64,000 nt of DNA from Candidatus Falkowbacteria bacterium RIFOXYC2_FULL_36_12 (GCA_001778235.1 MFGJ01000007.1:193476-257475); one strand, 5' to 3'; positions 37,345 to 48,106 are shown, counted from the first letter of the stretch. Program-made: numbers and translations. Notes: generated by a model from the sequence alone, not told the origin.

Positions 37345-38538
37345 TTATTGCTTCAAGGCTGGAGCCATTTGGCGAAGTTTTTCAACAATTTGTTTGAGCG
37401 AAGTAACAAAAGTACTGACTTCCTGCTCTGAATTAAATCTGCCAAGTGACACTCGAATTGATCCATGAGTCCATTCAACTGGAATCCCCATAGCGGTCAA
37501 AACATAAGATGGTTCCAACGCACCTGAAGAGCAGGCAGAACCGGTAGAAATGGCAATGCCCTCCATGTCTAGCATCATAAGTATGCTCTCCCCTTCTGCT
37601 CCATAAAAACTGATATTTAATAAATTTGGGAGTTGCTTGTCTGGATTACCATTAAATCTAATATCTTTGACATCTTTTAATTCATGAATAATTTTTTCTT
37701 TTATTTTTTTGACTTTGGAAATTGTTTTTTCTTTTTCTGAATCAAGTATTTCAATTGCTTTGCCAAGACCGACAATACCAGGAACATTGGAAGTACCTGG
37801 TCGCAAATTAAATTCATGACTACCACCCTGCATTAATGGTTCAAGGCTAACGCCTTTTCTTATAAACAAAACACCAATACCCATTGGAGCATAAATCTTA
37901 TGACCAGAAAATGAGAGGAGATCACATTTTATTTTGGCAACATTTATCTCTAAATAATTCAAAGCTTGGACTGCATCAGTATGAAAAAAAATTGGGAGTT
38001 CTTTATTCTGTCGTTTTATTTTTTCTTTGGCAATGATTTCTCCGATTTCTTCAACAGGTTGGATTGAGCCGACTTCATTGTTGGCAGACATAATTGAAAC
38101 TAAAACAGTATTGGCTTTTATTTCCTTGCGTAATTGTTCCAGTTTTATAATGCCGTCATGATCAACTTCAATAAAACTAACTTCATGACCAAGTTTTTCA
38201 ATTTTTTTAAAAACCTGAAGAACAGATGGGTGCTCAATTTTTGAAGTAATAAAATGCAATTTTTTCTTTTTTATTTTGAATTTATTAAAAATTCCCCAAA
38301 TAGCTAAATTATTACTTTCAGTAGCGCATGAAGTAAAAACTATTTCCTGTGGATCATTGGCTCCAAGAAAACCAGAAATTTTTTCTCTGGCGCTTTCGAT
38401 TGCAGTTGAAGTTTCCTGACCAAAAGAATGAATTGACGACGGATTGCCATATTCATCAGAAAAAAATGGTAGCATCGCATCCACCACCCTGGAGTCAACC
38501 TTGGTTGTGGCTGCATTGTCAAAATATATTCGAGGCAT
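37345..38538 (-). CDS. iscS: Cysteine desulfurase (IscS/NifS class V aminotransferase)
   Basis: Starts MPRIYFDNAATT and has the PLP-lysine region SFSGHKIYAP and the active-site SSGSACSS. Confidence 0.9.
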   Translation of the reverse strand: MPRIYFDNAATTKVDSRVVDAMLPFFSDEYGNPSSIHSFGQETSTAIESAREKISGFLGANDPQEIVFTSCATESNNLAIWGIFNKFKIKKKKLHFITSKIEHPSVLQVFKKIEKLGHEVSFIEVDHDGIIKLEQLRKEIKANTVLVSIMSANNEVGSIQPVEEIGEIIAKEKIKRQNKELPIFFHTDAVQALNYLEINVAKIKCDLLSFSGHKIYAPMGIGVLFIRKGVSLEPLMQGGSHEFNLRPGTSNVPGIVGLGKAIEILDSEKEKTISKVKKIKEKIIHELKDVKDIRFNGNPDKQLPNLLNISFYGAEGESILMMLDMEGIAISTGSACSSGALEPSYVLTAMGIPVEWTHGSIRVSLGRFNSEQEVSTFVTSLKQIVEKLRQMAPALKQ

Positions 38539-38572
38539 ATTATTATTGAAGACTTAAGATTAAGGTTGGAAG

Positions 38573-38806
38573 TTATTCCTGTACGCTCACAACTTGTTTG
38601 ATTTCCGGAATTTTTTCAAGCAATCTTGCTTCAATGCCAGACTTCAATGTCAATTCTGACATTGGACAATGAGCACAATGCCCGGTTAATTTTACCTTAA
38701 CAATGCCTGATTTTTCATCAAGATCAACAAATTCAACATCGCCACCATCCATTTGAAGCATGGGACGAACCTCTTCTAATATTTTTTCTACTTTTTCTTT
38801 TAACAT
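38573..38806 (-). CDS. NifU-like (Nfu) Fe-S cluster assembly domain protein
   Basis: 77 aa with a GHCAHC motif. Confidence 0.7.
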   Translation of the reverse strand: MLKEKVEKILEEVRPMLQMDGGDVEFVDLDEKSGIVKVKLTGHCAHCPMSELTLKSGIEARLLEKIPEIKQVVSVQE

Positions 38807-38821
38807 ACTTTGTTAATATTA

Positions 38822-39184
38822 TTATTTTTTATAATTTTCAATTGCTTTTTTCAAAGCTTCTTCTGCAAGAATAGAACAATGGAATTTCGGGGCTGGGATA
38901 CCACCGAGAACATCAACGATATCCTGTTTGCTGATTTTCAAGGCATCATCTAAAGATTTTCCCTTGGCTAAATCAGTTAAAACAGAAGAGGTGGCAATAG
39001 CGGCGGCACAACCAAGTGTTTCAAACTTTATATCATCAATCTTATCATTATTAATCTTCAGATAAACTTTCATAATATCGCCACATTTCATATTCCCAAC
39101 TTCACCGACAGCATCAGCATCTTTTATGTCTCCCTGATTGTGAGGATTTTTGAAATGTTCTATGAGTTTTTCCGTGTATTGCAT
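38822..39184 (-). CDS. iscU: Fe-S cluster assembly scaffold IscU
   Basis: NPHNQGDI...GNMKCGDIM...CAAAIATS are the three conserved Cys motifs. Confidence 0.85.
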   Translation of the reverse strand: MQYTEKLIEHFKNPHNQGDIKDADAVGEVGNMKCGDIMKVYLKINNDKIDDIKFETLGCAAAIATSSVLTDLAKGKSLDDALKISKQDIVDVLGGIPAPKFHCSILAEEALKKAIENYKK

Positions 39185-39192
39185 ATTGTTAT

Positions 39193-39567
39193 TTAAATTA
39201 AATCTTTTAATGTTATTGAATTTAGAGTTGAGTCAATTTGTTCATAAAGCTTTTGCCAAACAGGATGGACTTTACAACAAGTAACATTGCATTCAGCGCA
39301 GTCAATTTTATAAAGTTCACCTTCAAGTGCTTGAACTATTTCAGCTACATTGACTTGATTTGCTGGTTTGGACAAAATATAACCACCTTGCACGCCTTTG
39401 AAACTGGTAATTAAATCGGCTTTTTTTAACATAGCAAAAATTCTCTCCAGGTATGCCAATGATATATTTTCTATTTTTGCAATCGAAGCCAAAGAAACTG
39501 GTTCATCTGAATCAGCTAAATGCATAATGGCCCGTAGACCATATTCTGCCTTAGTACTAAACTTCAT
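39193..39567 (-). CDS. iscR: Rrf2-family transcriptional regulator (IscR-like)
   Basis: MKFSTKAEYGLRAIMHLA helix-turn-helix, with Cys residues near the C-terminus. Confidence 0.7.
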   Translation of the reverse strand: MKFSTKAEYGLRAIMHLADSDEPVSLASIAKIENISLAYLERIFAMLKKADLITSFKGVQGGYILSKPANQVNVAEIVQALEGELYKIDCAECNVTCCKVHPVWQKLYEQIDSTLNSITLKDLI

Positions 39568-39569
39568 AT

Positions 39570-39662
39570 GTTACAAAATTACGAAAAATTACAAACATTA
39601 CAAAAGTTAGAATTAGTGAGTTACGAAACTACAAAAGATTACGAACATTACAAAAATTAGAA
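39570..39662. repeat. R3 repeat arms (TTACGAAA/ACTACAAAAG units, two copies) flanking GxxExxY copy 2
   Basis: The inverted partner is at 40047-40088. Confidence 0.65.
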
Positions 39663-40046
39663 TTAGATATTGTTTAGAATTCTATAAATATCTGCTTTTT
39701 CTGACCCAAAAAGAACCAGCAATCCCAATTTATACCCAGACAACTTCAAATATTCAGTTACCTGATCAAAATCTTTTTGGTATAATCTTTTACCTACTTT
39801 CACTTCTATAACGATTTTATCATCAATAATAAAGTCAAAATATCTGTTGCTTAATTTTTCACTATATAATGTTAAAGGAACTTTATATTGTTCTTCAAAT
39901 GAAATATTGTTTTGTTTTAATAGCTTCCCCAAACTTTGGCAATAAGTTTTTTCTCTGTATCCAGGACCATGATATTTAAAAACTTGAAAAACAATCCCAT
40001 TCAAAACATAACTTAGATCTTTATATATTAGCTTATCTACGCTCAT
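39663..40046 (-). CDS. GxxExxY-family protein (PD-(D/E)XK nuclease-like), copy 2 (start MSVDKLIYKDLSY)
   Basis: A paralogue of the gene at 35043..35423 (GYREKTY, DFIIDD, EVK). The ORF-track start at 40097 is an over-extension into the repeat. Confidence 0.65.
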   Translation of the reverse strand: MSVDKLIYKDLSYVLNGIVFQVFKYHGPGYREKTYCQSLGKLLKQNNISFEEQYKVPLTLYSEKLSNRYFDFIIDDKIVIEVKVGKRLYQKDFDQVTEYLKLSGYKLGLLVLFGSEKADIYRILNNI

Positions 40047-40088
40047 ATTTTCGTAATCTTTTGTAGTCTTTTGTAGTTTTGTAATCAC
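40047..40088. repeat. R3 repeat arm directly abutting the start of GxxExxY copy 2
   Basis: ATTTTCGTAATCTTTTGTAGTCTTTTGTAGTTTTGTAATCAC. Confidence 0.65.
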
Positions 40089-40155
40089 AATACCCAACTA
40101 AAAAAGTAGGTATTTATATAATACCTACTTTTTAATAAATCGTCAAGTATTAATC

Positions 40156-40989
40156 TTATTTCCAAACAACCAGGAAAGTTTTGTTTCCGCCAAGCATTTT
40201 CTGGGCTTTTTGCTCATCTGATAATGTATTATCATCGTAAGGACGAAAAACTTTATTATCAATTGTTGGTAAATCATAGATTGCGTCAATCAAGGTCTGA
40301 TATTTGTATTTGTAATTCTCCCCTTTTCTCGTACCAACATCATTGGTGATAAATTGATTGCGGTCATAACCTGTGATGACAAGCATATGATAAAGTGGGC
40401 CTGGAGCTGTAAAATTTGGATTGCCCAGTTCCCTACCGGCAAATGGGGCTATGATTAATTTACCTTCAGCAAGGTATTTTTTTATAGAATCAACTGAAAC
40501 ATTAACAATTATTTCTGTATTAAAACCAAAATATTCCCTGGCAATCTTCTCGACTTCATTTATATTGGTATCAGAATATAGTCCTAAATTGGTATTTTCC
40601 CATTCAACTAACTTTTTTATCTCTTCATCCATAATAGCTGGCGTCAAATCTGAATGAGTAAAAAATTTATCAGCATTAATTAATGAAGCTTCTTCACAAG
40701 CTTCCTGATACGGCAAATCCCAATTGGCATAGGGAGCTTGAGAGGCAAATGCCACTTTATTTTTTACAACGGCTGGGAATTCTAGCTCGGATTCTTCTGA
40801 TTTAAGATTTATTGTTTCTTCAACCAGAGGATCTTGATTACTAAAATTATCAATCTCTACTTGTGGCAAAATCAAGAGTTCTTCGGATTGATCAACTGCT
40901 GGATTATCTCCATCTACCTTGTCAGCTGGTAGCTGGAACAGACAACCTACTAACAAGAATGGAATTAATGCAATAAAAATAATTTTCAT
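40156..40989 (-). CDS. Lipoprotein with a putative papain-like (peptidase C39-like) domain
   Basis: Has a signal peptide and lipobox (LLVGC). An ASQAPYANWDLPYQEACEEAS segment resembles the Q...C active-site region of Peptidase_C39_2 proteins. Confidence 0.45.
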   Translation of the reverse strand: MKIIFIALIPFLLVGCLFQLPADKVDGDNPAVDQSEELLILPQVEIDNFSNQDPLVEETINLKSEESELEFPAVVKNKVAFASQAPYANWDLPYQEACEEASLINADKFFTHSDLTPAIMDEEIKKLVEWENTNLGLYSDTNINEVEKIAREYFGFNTEIIVNVSVDSIKKYLAEGKLIIAPFAGRELGNPNFTAPGPLYHMLVITGYDRNQFITNDVGTRKGENYKYKYQTLIDAIYDLPTIDNKVFRPYDDNTLSDEQKAQKMLGGNKTFLVVWK

Positions 40990-41154
40990 GTTTTTATGGT
41001 TAATTTAGTTTAATTTTACTATATCTTATTCATATTCACAAGTTGTCTTGACAAAGATCAATTATTTATGTACTATATAGCTACATATCAATAAATTAAC
41101 TTTTATTTTATCCCCTATTTTAGGGATAACCTTCAATATTAACCTGAAACTAAT

Positions 41155-41445
41155 ATGGCACATAAAGCAGCGGGCGGATCCACCTCGAATGGTCGCGATT
41201 CAGTGGCTAAAAGATTAGGCGTCAAGAAATATGCTGGACAAACTGTTATTGCTGGAAATATTATTGTCCGCCAAAGAGGAACAAAGCTCCATCCCGGCAA
41301 GAATACAAAAAGAGGAAATGATGACACTCTGTTTGCAACAAGTAACGGAGTCACAAAATATCTGACAAAAAAAGTAAGAAATTTCACTGGAAAATTGGTA
41401 AAAAGAACCTTTGTCAGCATTGAAACAGCAATTGCAAAAAAATAA
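41155..41445 (+). CDS. rpmA: 50S ribosomal protein L27
   Basis: [22 protein letters not shown]...[11 protein letters not shown]. Confidence 0.9.
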   Translation: MAHKAAGGSTSNGRDSVAKRLGVKKYAGQTVIAGNIIVRQRGTKLHPGKNTKRGNDDTLFATSNGVTKYLTKKVRNFTGKLVKRTFVSIETAIAKK

Positions 41446-41492
41446 CTTCCAATAAATAAAAAGAGTCAGCAAGTTTAGCTGATTCTTTTGTT

Positions 41493-43331
41493 TTAGTTAA
41501 AACAATTTATAGTTTCAAACCAAATTTCACCCTCGCCACGATAATCTATTCGGCCTTGACCAGATTCAAACAGATTATTACATTCAATCGAAGCCAAGGC
41601 ATAATCAAAATCAGACCAATCAGCATTAGCACAATTGTAATCAACCCAAGGTCTTCCTCGCTGACACAATTCTTCAAAACTAATGTCAAAAACTAATCTT
41701 TCAAACTGGGATAAATTTCCGGAAGAACCATACCAGATATGAACAGTGTAACCAACTGGGCAAATAATTGTACATGATAACAAGTTATCCGACTGATTGC
41801 TCTGATCATCAATAGTAACATTTTCAAAATCTTCATCAGTCTGGCCATCACAATCATTATCAACATTATCAAAAATTTCTTGACTGGCAAGAACTTGTTC
41901 CTGTGTCAAGACCCAATGGAAATCTTGGCAAACTGATATTTCAGGCTGACATTGACCAATATTATTTGTTTCTTCTGACCCAGAATAACTTTGGATAACA
42001 TCATCAAAGCCACATTCTCTGTTGATTAAAGTGAAATCAAAACATTGTTCTTGACTGGACTCTTCAATCATAGACCCACCATACTGAAAACCTGATTCAA
42101 ATTCTGATTGGCTTAGATGAAAAATCTGTTGATAATCAAACCCCAGTCGCCAAAACGCACCTTCGTTTTCAAATGGATAAATATTTCCCGAGTTACCTGC
42201 AAGATATATTGTGCTAGAAGAATTTGACTTTAGTAACGATCCTGTCCTGAAATATAAAAATCCACCATCCTGACAACTCTGTTTTTCTCGGTTATAATTA
42301 AAAGTTGATACTGGCCAAAAATTAGAGGAATTCAGATTCCAGGATTCCAGTGTTGAAACAGAAGCAAATTCATAAGAAAAACAAATTAAATTATTTGAAT
42401 CAAGCCTTTCAAGCATCAAATACTTTTGACCATCAGTAATATACTCGCGGATTGGAAGCCAATCTATATCTTCGCCCCTTTCATAACAAGCAAACTCTTC
42501 CTGGCTAATATAAACAATTTTCTGCCAATCAAACTCGTGAGCGAGGAATACTTGTTCATTTTCAATCAACCGTAATCTCTGGGATTCCAACAAATAGATT
42601 TCTGATTGTCCATAAATCTGAACCAAGACATTGTCAGGATGCCATAAAGATTGCAGAGAATTCTGAAGAATAAATTCTGTAGGGTTGACCCAATTATCAT
42701 GGATAGTATGAGGTTGATTCCAACCTTCACTACTGTAACCTCGAACATAAATTGCTGGGTTTGTATTATCGAATCTTCCTAGTCTAATACCGAAATGCAG
42801 ATGATGCCAGTTAACGGTGGTTGTTGGACCATGCCAATATGATGCTACCTTGCCAACATACTGTCCTTTGTAAACAATTGAACCGACTGGAGCCAATCCT
42901 GATTGATTTTCATAATTATAATTGGTTGAACCTGATTGAAGATGGCCAAGAAGAACTGTAAATTCAGTGCCTGTTTCCAATTGACAAGCAATAACAAGAA
43001 CATAGCCACGATAGTTTGGACTGGCAGAACTATCTGAACCATAACCAGTAAAACTGATATTATCACTTATCATTACTTGACCTGTGCATGGTGAATAAAC
43101 AGCTGTACCAACAGGTGTTCTGGAAACTAAAGTATCTTCAGCTAAATGATAACCATTAAAAGCAGAATTAAAACCACCAAAACTGAAGCCCTGAATTTGC
43201 CACCAATTTGTTTTCAAGGGGAAACCGAGAGAATATGTGACTGGTAAATTGTTAGCTTTGGCTTCGGCAATACTCCAAAAAATTGTTATGAGAATAATGC
43301 TCCAAATAAATAAAAACCATCTAATTCTCAT
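41493..43331 (-). CDS. Secreted peptidase-M23-domain protein with a long Cys/Asp-rich C-terminal extension
   Basis: Signal peptide (MRIRWFLFIWSIILITIFWSIAEA). M23 motifs HLAED..., GTAVYSPCTGQV and HLHFGI. The C-terminus has DNDCDGQTDED metal-binding-like repeats. Confidence 0.6.
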   Translation of the reverse strand: MRIRWFLFIWSIILITIFWSIAEAKANNLPVTYSLGFPLKTNWWQIQGFSFGGFNSAFNGYHLAEDTLVSRTPVGTAVYSPCTGQVMISDNISFTGYGSDSSASPNYRGYVLVIACQLETGTEFTVLLGHLQSGSTNYNYENQSGLAPVGSIVYKGQYVGKVASYWHGPTTTVNWHHLHFGIRLGRFDNTNPAIYVRGYSSEGWNQPHTIHDNWVNPTEFILQNSLQSLWHPDNVLVQIYGQSEIYLLESQRLRLIENEQVFLAHEFDWQKIVYISQEEFACYERGEDIDWLPIREYITDGQKYLMLERLDSNNLICFSYEFASVSTLESWNLNSSNFWPVSTFNYNREKQSCQDGGFLYFRTGSLLKSNSSSTIYLAGNSGNIYPFENEGAFWRLGFDYQQIFHLSQSEFESGFQYGGSMIEESSQEQCFDFTLINRECGFDDVIQSYSGSEETNNIGQCQPEISVCQDFHWVLTQEQVLASQEIFDNVDNDCDGQTDEDFENVTIDDQSNQSDNLLSCTIICPVGYTVHIWYGSSGNLSQFERLVFDISFEELCQRGRPWVDYNCANADWSDFDYALASIECNNLFESGQGRIDYRGEGEIWFETINCFN

Positions 43332-43914
43332 TTCTACTCTCCACTGCAACGGGGTGATTGATGGAAAATGAATTAATAATCAGATTATAATTTTCTGAAA
43401 TTAACTTATTTAAATCCTGATCTGAAAATTGGGACGGTACGGATTTCAAGACAAACATTACTTCAAAGCCAGAAGAAAGATATACATAATTTGTTTGAGG
43501 AATTAATCCATCATCATTTTGTCGCAAAATAATTTTTTTGAACTTATAACAAAGTTCATAGTCAGAATAATGCCACATATTTCTATTTTCAACCCTGAAA
43601 TGAATGGTCATTTCCGGTAATTGTTGAGAAAAAGCCTGGTCTTCAATCCAATAATCCTCAAGCTGTAATTTTACCTGTAGGGCAATAAGTTCCTCTGAAT
43701 TTTCTTTCAATTTTATTACTTTGAATTGATTGTAATAATTAAAACTGAAAAATTCATTTCGATAAACACCAAGATTGGAATCCAAGGTTGAAATTGTTCT
43801 ATTCCTCATTTGCGTTTCAGCAGTGATTGAAGCATCACTATCATTTGGGTTATTGATTTTATCATCGTAGTCACAACTTACAATCAGCAATAACATAAAC
43901 CATAATTTTTTCAT
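43321..43914 (-). CDS. Hypothetical lipoprotein (start MKKLWFMLLLIVSC)
   Basis: Lipobox LIVSC; no family recognised. Confidence 0.4.
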   Translation of the reverse strand: MKKLWFMLLLIVSCDYDDKINNPNDSDASITAETQMRNRTISTLDSNLGVYRNEFFSFNYYNQFKVIKLKENSEELIALQVKLQLEDYWIEDQAFSQQLPEMTIHFRVENRNMWHYSDYELCYKFKKIILRQNDDGLIPQTNYVYLSSGFEVMFVLKSVPSQFSDQDLNKLISENYNLIINSFSINHPVAVESRNEN

Positions 43915-44132
43915 GATTGCACCCCTTTCCTTGGGTGTTGAGGGTTTGGTTGTAAGGAACAAACATCTGTTTTGATAATTTTATAATACTGCATAGAAAC
44001 CCAAGATTTAAGGAAAATGTTTTCCAATTTTGACAAAATTTTATAATAAAAAAAATTCCTGGAAGATAAGGAATAATTGAAGATAAATAATTGTTGGCAT
44101 GGACCGTCAAGAATTATTTAGTAAAGACACTT

Positions 44133-44335
44133 GACAAATAATAAAAAATAGTTTACGATAGTTTTGAATTGCTCGTCTATCAGGACGAGACAGTGACTTG
44201 AGGGTTCATAGGCGTTAGCCAGCAGAAATTCTGCTCGAGCACCTGGTGGGGTCCCCTCCTTTCCCCACTGGAAGAGCGCTTCCTCTTGTCACTTAGCCCG
44301 CCGATGCGTGCATCGGCGGGCTTTTCTTTTTAAAT
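44133..44335 (+). ncRNA. Candidate small structured RNA: TTGACA-17-TACGAT promoter, about 165-nt GC-rich multi-stem body closed by a 12-bp terminal helix, intrinsic terminator GCCCGCCGAUGCGUGCAUCGGCGGGC plus U-run
   Basis: There is no ORF. GC content is strikingly higher than the surroundings. The promoter and terminator are oriented on the plus strand, convergent with trpS. Confidence 0.4.
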
Positions 44336-44389
44336 AAAAAACACTCAATCATAAATGAAAAATCGAGTGAGTTTTTTTTATTTTATATT

Positions 44390-45379
44390 TTAACGATACA
44401 GGTGTTTCTCAACTTCAAATAATGTTGCTCGGGCATTTTCAATTGCAACTTTTGCCCCATTTTCAAGAATTGAATCAATATTTTTTTTATTTTTTACAAT
44501 TTCAGCTCGTTTTGCCTGGAAATCCTGAAGAAATCTTTTGACAATAGCAATAACCAGCTTTTTGAATTGGCCCATGACTTGCTGGCCTGATTTATGTTGA
44601 ACAATAATTTCGTCTATTTGTTTTTGTTCTGCCTCGGTGCTGTTCAAACCTTTGGCAATCAAGACTAAACTTTCAAGGCTTGGTGTCATTTGTTTGTCCA
44701 TGGCTGTTTGAGCTTTGTTTAATTTTTTTTCTGCTTCAGCCGGTGTATCGGTCAAAAAGATGGCGCCTTCAGGCAGACTTTTACTCATCTTGCTATCACC
44801 TTTTAATGACAAAATGCGAAGAGATTTAACTTGATGAACCTTTGGCAGAGTAAAAAAATTGCCATATTTTTTGTTAAATCTTTCAGCCAGCATTTTTGCA
44901 ACTTCCAAGTGCGCAACTTGATCTTCGCCGACCGGAATTTTTTTTGATTTTTGAATTAAGATATCAGAAGCCATTAAAACCGGATAAAAAAACAACAATG
45001 CGTTGGCTGATTCAGGTTTCTGGCCTTTTTTAATTTTATCTTTGATAGTCGGTACACGAAGCAATTCAGCAACGGTTGTTAGTCGAGCAAGATAAATACT
45101 AAGTGTCATGACTTCAGCCTTTATAGCTGACTGGACATAAATAGTAGTCTTTTCCGGATTAATACCAAGGGCGAGATAATCAGCGACTAATTCCTTGATA
45201 TATTTTTTTACCTCATGAGGCTCATAATCAGTAATCGCATGCAGGTCGGCAACAAAAAGAAAAGGCTTTTCACCTTTTTCCTGCAATTCTAAAAGTGGCT
45301 TGACTGCACCAAGATAATTGGCAATAGTCAAATTCCCTGTTGGCCGAACGCCGGTAAGAATGTTTACTTCGGTGGACAT
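44390..45379 (-). CDS. trpS: Tryptophanyl-tRNA synthetase
   Basis: Class I aaRS with TGVRPTGNLTIANYLG (HIGH-like) and KMSKS. Confidence 0.9.
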   Translation of the reverse strand: MSTEVNILTGVRPTGNLTIANYLGAVKPLLELQEKGEKPFLFVADLHAITDYEPHEVKKYIKELVADYLALGINPEKTTIYVQSAIKAEVMTLSIYLARLTTVAELLRVPTIKDKIKKGQKPESANALLFFYPVLMASDILIQKSKKIPVGEDQVAHLEVAKMLAERFNKKYGNFFTLPKVHQVKSLRILSLKGDSKMSKSLPEGAIFLTDTPAEAEKKLNKAQTAMDKQMTPSLESLVLIAKGLNSTEAEQKQIDEIIVQHKSGQQVMGQFKKLVIAIVKRFLQDFQAKRAEIVKNKKNIDSILENGAKVAIENARATLFEVEKHLYR

Positions 45380-45484
45380 AAGATAATAGTTGATAGATTA
45401 AAGATTAGAGTTGTAATACGAGTATATTACTATTCTTATTCTAGCATTAAATAGCCTTATTTTCAACAAAATCAAATGTGCCCT

Positions 45485-45512
45485 TGACAAATTGGCTTAA
45501 TTTTGATATAAT
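45485..45512 (+). promoter_or_regulatory. Consensus sigma70-type promoter TTGACA-16-TATAAT about 200 nt upstream of typA
   Basis: Read directly. A second TTGACA-n-TATATC promoter lies at about 45642-45672. Confidence 0.6.
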
Positions 45513-45714
45513 TTCAAGTTAGTATTGTTCATTCATATATTCGGCCAACAGCGCTGACTCACTTCCGGCTACCGCGAATCAGACGCAAATCTGCGTCAAA
45601 ACCTCAAAAAACAAGAAGCTGTCCTAACCGATGGCTTTTTCATTGACAAATTTTTAAATTTATTATATCATTGATTTTATGCGCTGAAGATTTTTAGCGA
45701 TTTTTACTAAATTT

Positions 45715-47502
45715 ATGGAAATTAGAAATATTGCGATTATTGCTCATGTGGATCATGGGAAAACAACACTGACTGATGCTATTATGCGACAAACAGGCAT
45801 GGTAAAAATGGATGATAAAGTCAGTATGGATAGCAATGCACTGGAGCAAGAACGAGGGATTACAATTTACTCAAAAAATACTTCTGTCTTTTATAAAGAC
45901 ACAAAAATAAATATCGTGGACACTCCTGGCCACGCTGATTTTGGTTCTGAAGTTGAACGAGTTTTGCGGTCAATTGATTCTGTGCTTCTGATTGTGGATG
46001 CTCAAGAAGGACCAATGCCACAGACAAAATTTGTGCTAAAAAAATCGCTTGATCTTGGGCTGAAGCCAATTGTTATTTTGAATAAAATAGATAAACCAGC
46101 GGCTGATCCTGTCAGATCTCATGAGCAAGTCTTGGAACTGTTTATGGATTTGGGAGCTAATGACGAGCAACTTGATTTTGTTACTCTCTATGCTGATGGA
46201 AAGGCTGGTATTGCCAAATGGAAAATGGAAGATGAAGGAAAAAATTTATTTCCAATTCTTGATGCTATCTTGCAATATGTGCCTCAAGCGCCAAGCGATA
46301 ATAAAGCTGATTTTAGAATGCAACCATTTAACCTGGCCTATGACAATTACTTAGGTAGATTGGCAATTGGAAGAATATATGAAGGAACTATAAAATCTGG
46401 CAGTAGAGTTGTAATAAAACAATCTACTGGTGAAACTAGAACTGGTAATATTACAAAAATTCAAACTTTCCAAGGTTTGGAAAAAGTGGAAGTTGACGAA
46501 GCTGTTGCCGGAGATATTGTAATGATTGCGGGTATTCCTGATATTTATATTGGAGAAACTATTTGTGCCAAAACAGATCAAACTCCATTGCCAGCAATTA
46601 CAATTGATGAACCAACTATTTCCATTAACTTTTTAGTAAATAATTCCCCATTTGCAGGACAAGATGGTAAATATGTAACTTCAAGACAAATCAAGGAACG
46701 ACTGGAAAAAGAATTGGAAGTCAATGTGGGACTAAAAGTTGATTTTTCTGCGATTGACCATTACAAAGTCTATGGACGAGGCGAAATGCATATTGCTGTA
46801 TTGCTAGAAAACATGAGACGCGAAGGGTTTGAACTGCAGGTGTCACAACCACAAGTTATTATAAAAGAAGAAAATGGTCAAAAACTGGAACCGTTTGAAG
46901 AAGTGACTATTGATATTCCGGGAGAATTTGCAGGCATTGTTATTGAAAAAATGGGTAAAAGAAAAGCGACTACAACTTTCATGGAAAATAAATCCGGACA
47001 AACAAGAATGATGTTCCACATACCTTCTCGTGGTTTGCTGGGTTATAGAGGTCAATTCATAATGGATACCAAAGGTGAAGGAATTCTGTGCTCTCAAATG
47101 ATCGGTTTCCGAGAATTTGTTGGGACAATTGAAAAAAGAAATGTTGGATCAATGATTTCTATGGCGACAGGTAAAGCTCTTGGTTTTTCTTTGGCAAATT
47201 TGCAAGAAAGAGGGACACTATATATTGGGCCACAGACTGAAGTCTATGAAGGTATGGTGATCGGCAATTCAGCCAAAGGTGAAGACCTAGCAGTGAATCC
47301 AATCAAAGGAAAACATCTGACAAATATGCGCTCGAGTGGAGCTGATGAAGCCCTGAACCTAACACCGCCAATAATTTTCACACTTGAAAGAGGTCTGGAA
47401 ATAATGGCTGAAGATGAATATATGGAAATCACTCCAAATAATTTACGAATTAGAAAAAAATATTTAACTGATCTTGAAAGGAAAAAACATCCAGTAAAAT
47501 AA
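45715..47502 (+). CDS. typA: Translational GTPase TypA/BipA
   Basis: [18 protein letters not shown]1 motif and EF-G-like domains. Confidence 0.9.
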   Translation: MEIRNIAIIAHVDHGKTTLTDAIMRQTGMVKMDDKVSMDSNALEQERGITIYSKNTSVFYKDTKINIVDTPGHADFGSEVERVLRSIDSVLLIVDAQEGPMPQTKFVLKKSLDLGLKPIVILNKIDKPAADPVRSHEQVLELFMDLGANDEQLDFVTLYADGKAGIAKWKMEDEGKNLFPILDAILQYVPQAPSDNKADFRMQPFNLAYDNYLGRLAIGRIYEGTIKSGSRVVIKQSTGETRTGNITKIQTFQGLEKVEVDEAVAGDIVMIAGIPDIYIGETICAKTDQTPLPAITIDEPTISINFLVNNSPFAGQDGKYVTSRQIKERLEKELEVNVGLKVDFSAIDHYKVYGRGEMHIAVLLENMRREGFELQVSQPQVIIKEENGQKLEPFEEVTIDIPGEFAGIVIEKMGKRKATTTFMENKSGQTRMMFHIPSRGLLGYRGQFIMDTKGEGILCSQMIGFREFVGTIEKRNVGSMISMATGKALGFSLANLQERGTLYIGPQTEVYEGMVIGNSAKGEDLAVNPIKGKHLTNMRSSGADEALNLTPPIIFTLERGLEIMAEDEYMEITPNNLRIRKKYLTDLERKKHPVK

Positions 47503-47513
47503 AAATTTGCATA

Positions 47514-47540
47514 GAAAAAACGCCGTGAGGCGTTTTTTTG
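47514..47540. terminator. Bidirectional intrinsic terminator AAAAAACGCCGUGAGGCGUUUUUUU between typA and msrA
   Basis: A hairpin flanked by an A-run and a T-run. Confidence 0.75.
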
Positions 47541-47569
47541 TTAGAATTTTTCTGACTCCATGGTTCGGG

Positions 47570-48106
47570 TTATTCTAAACTATCTCCAAACTGGGCTTCA
47601 ACTTTGCGGATTTTTGGTGCGATATTGAGAATACAGTATGGTTTAGTAGTATTGTTTTTGTAATAATTCTGATGATAATCTTCAGCTGGATAAAACTTTA
47701 TCAACCGCCTAACTTCAGTAACAATTTTTATTTCATCTTTTAGTTGTTTTGCCTCAATAAAATTTTCAGCTTGTTGTCTCTGATCATCTTCAGTCCAGAA
47801 AATTATTGAGTGATATTGGGGACCGGCATCGTGGCCTTGTTTGTCCATGGAAGTTGGGTCATGCATAGCAAAAAAGATTTCAAACAAATCTTTCAACTCT
47901 AAAATTTCTGGATTGTATTCAATTTTCACAACTTCAATATGACCGGTTTGGCCGGAGCTGACTTGCTGATAAGTCGGATTATCAATTTCACCGCCAGCAT
48001 AGCCAGGAGCAACAGACTCAACACCTTTTATCATTTGAAAAACTGCTTCAGTGCACCAGAAGCAACCTCCGCCAAGTATAATTGTTTTATTTTTCATAGG
48101 GTACAA
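47570..48106 (-). CDS. msrA: Peptide methionine sulfoxide reductase MsrA
   Basis: The GGGCFWC active site. Confidence 0.9.
   Translation of the reverse strand: MYPMKNKTIILGGGCFWCTEAVFQMIKGVESVAPGYAGGEIDNPTYQQVSSGQTGHIEVVKIEYNPEILELKDLFEIFFAMHDPTSMDKQGHDAGPQYHSIIFWTEDDQRQQAENFIEAKQLKDEIKIVTEVRRLIKFYPAEDYHQNYYKNNTTKPYCILNIAPKIRKVEAQFGDSLE

Noticed and set aside
45380-45520. T-box leader for trpS
   Set aside because: The trpS 5' region on the minus strand is short, has a promoter-like TTGTTG...TAGAAT, and lacks the AGGGUGGNACCGCG box. The only T-box-like string is on the opposite strand in the typA leader.
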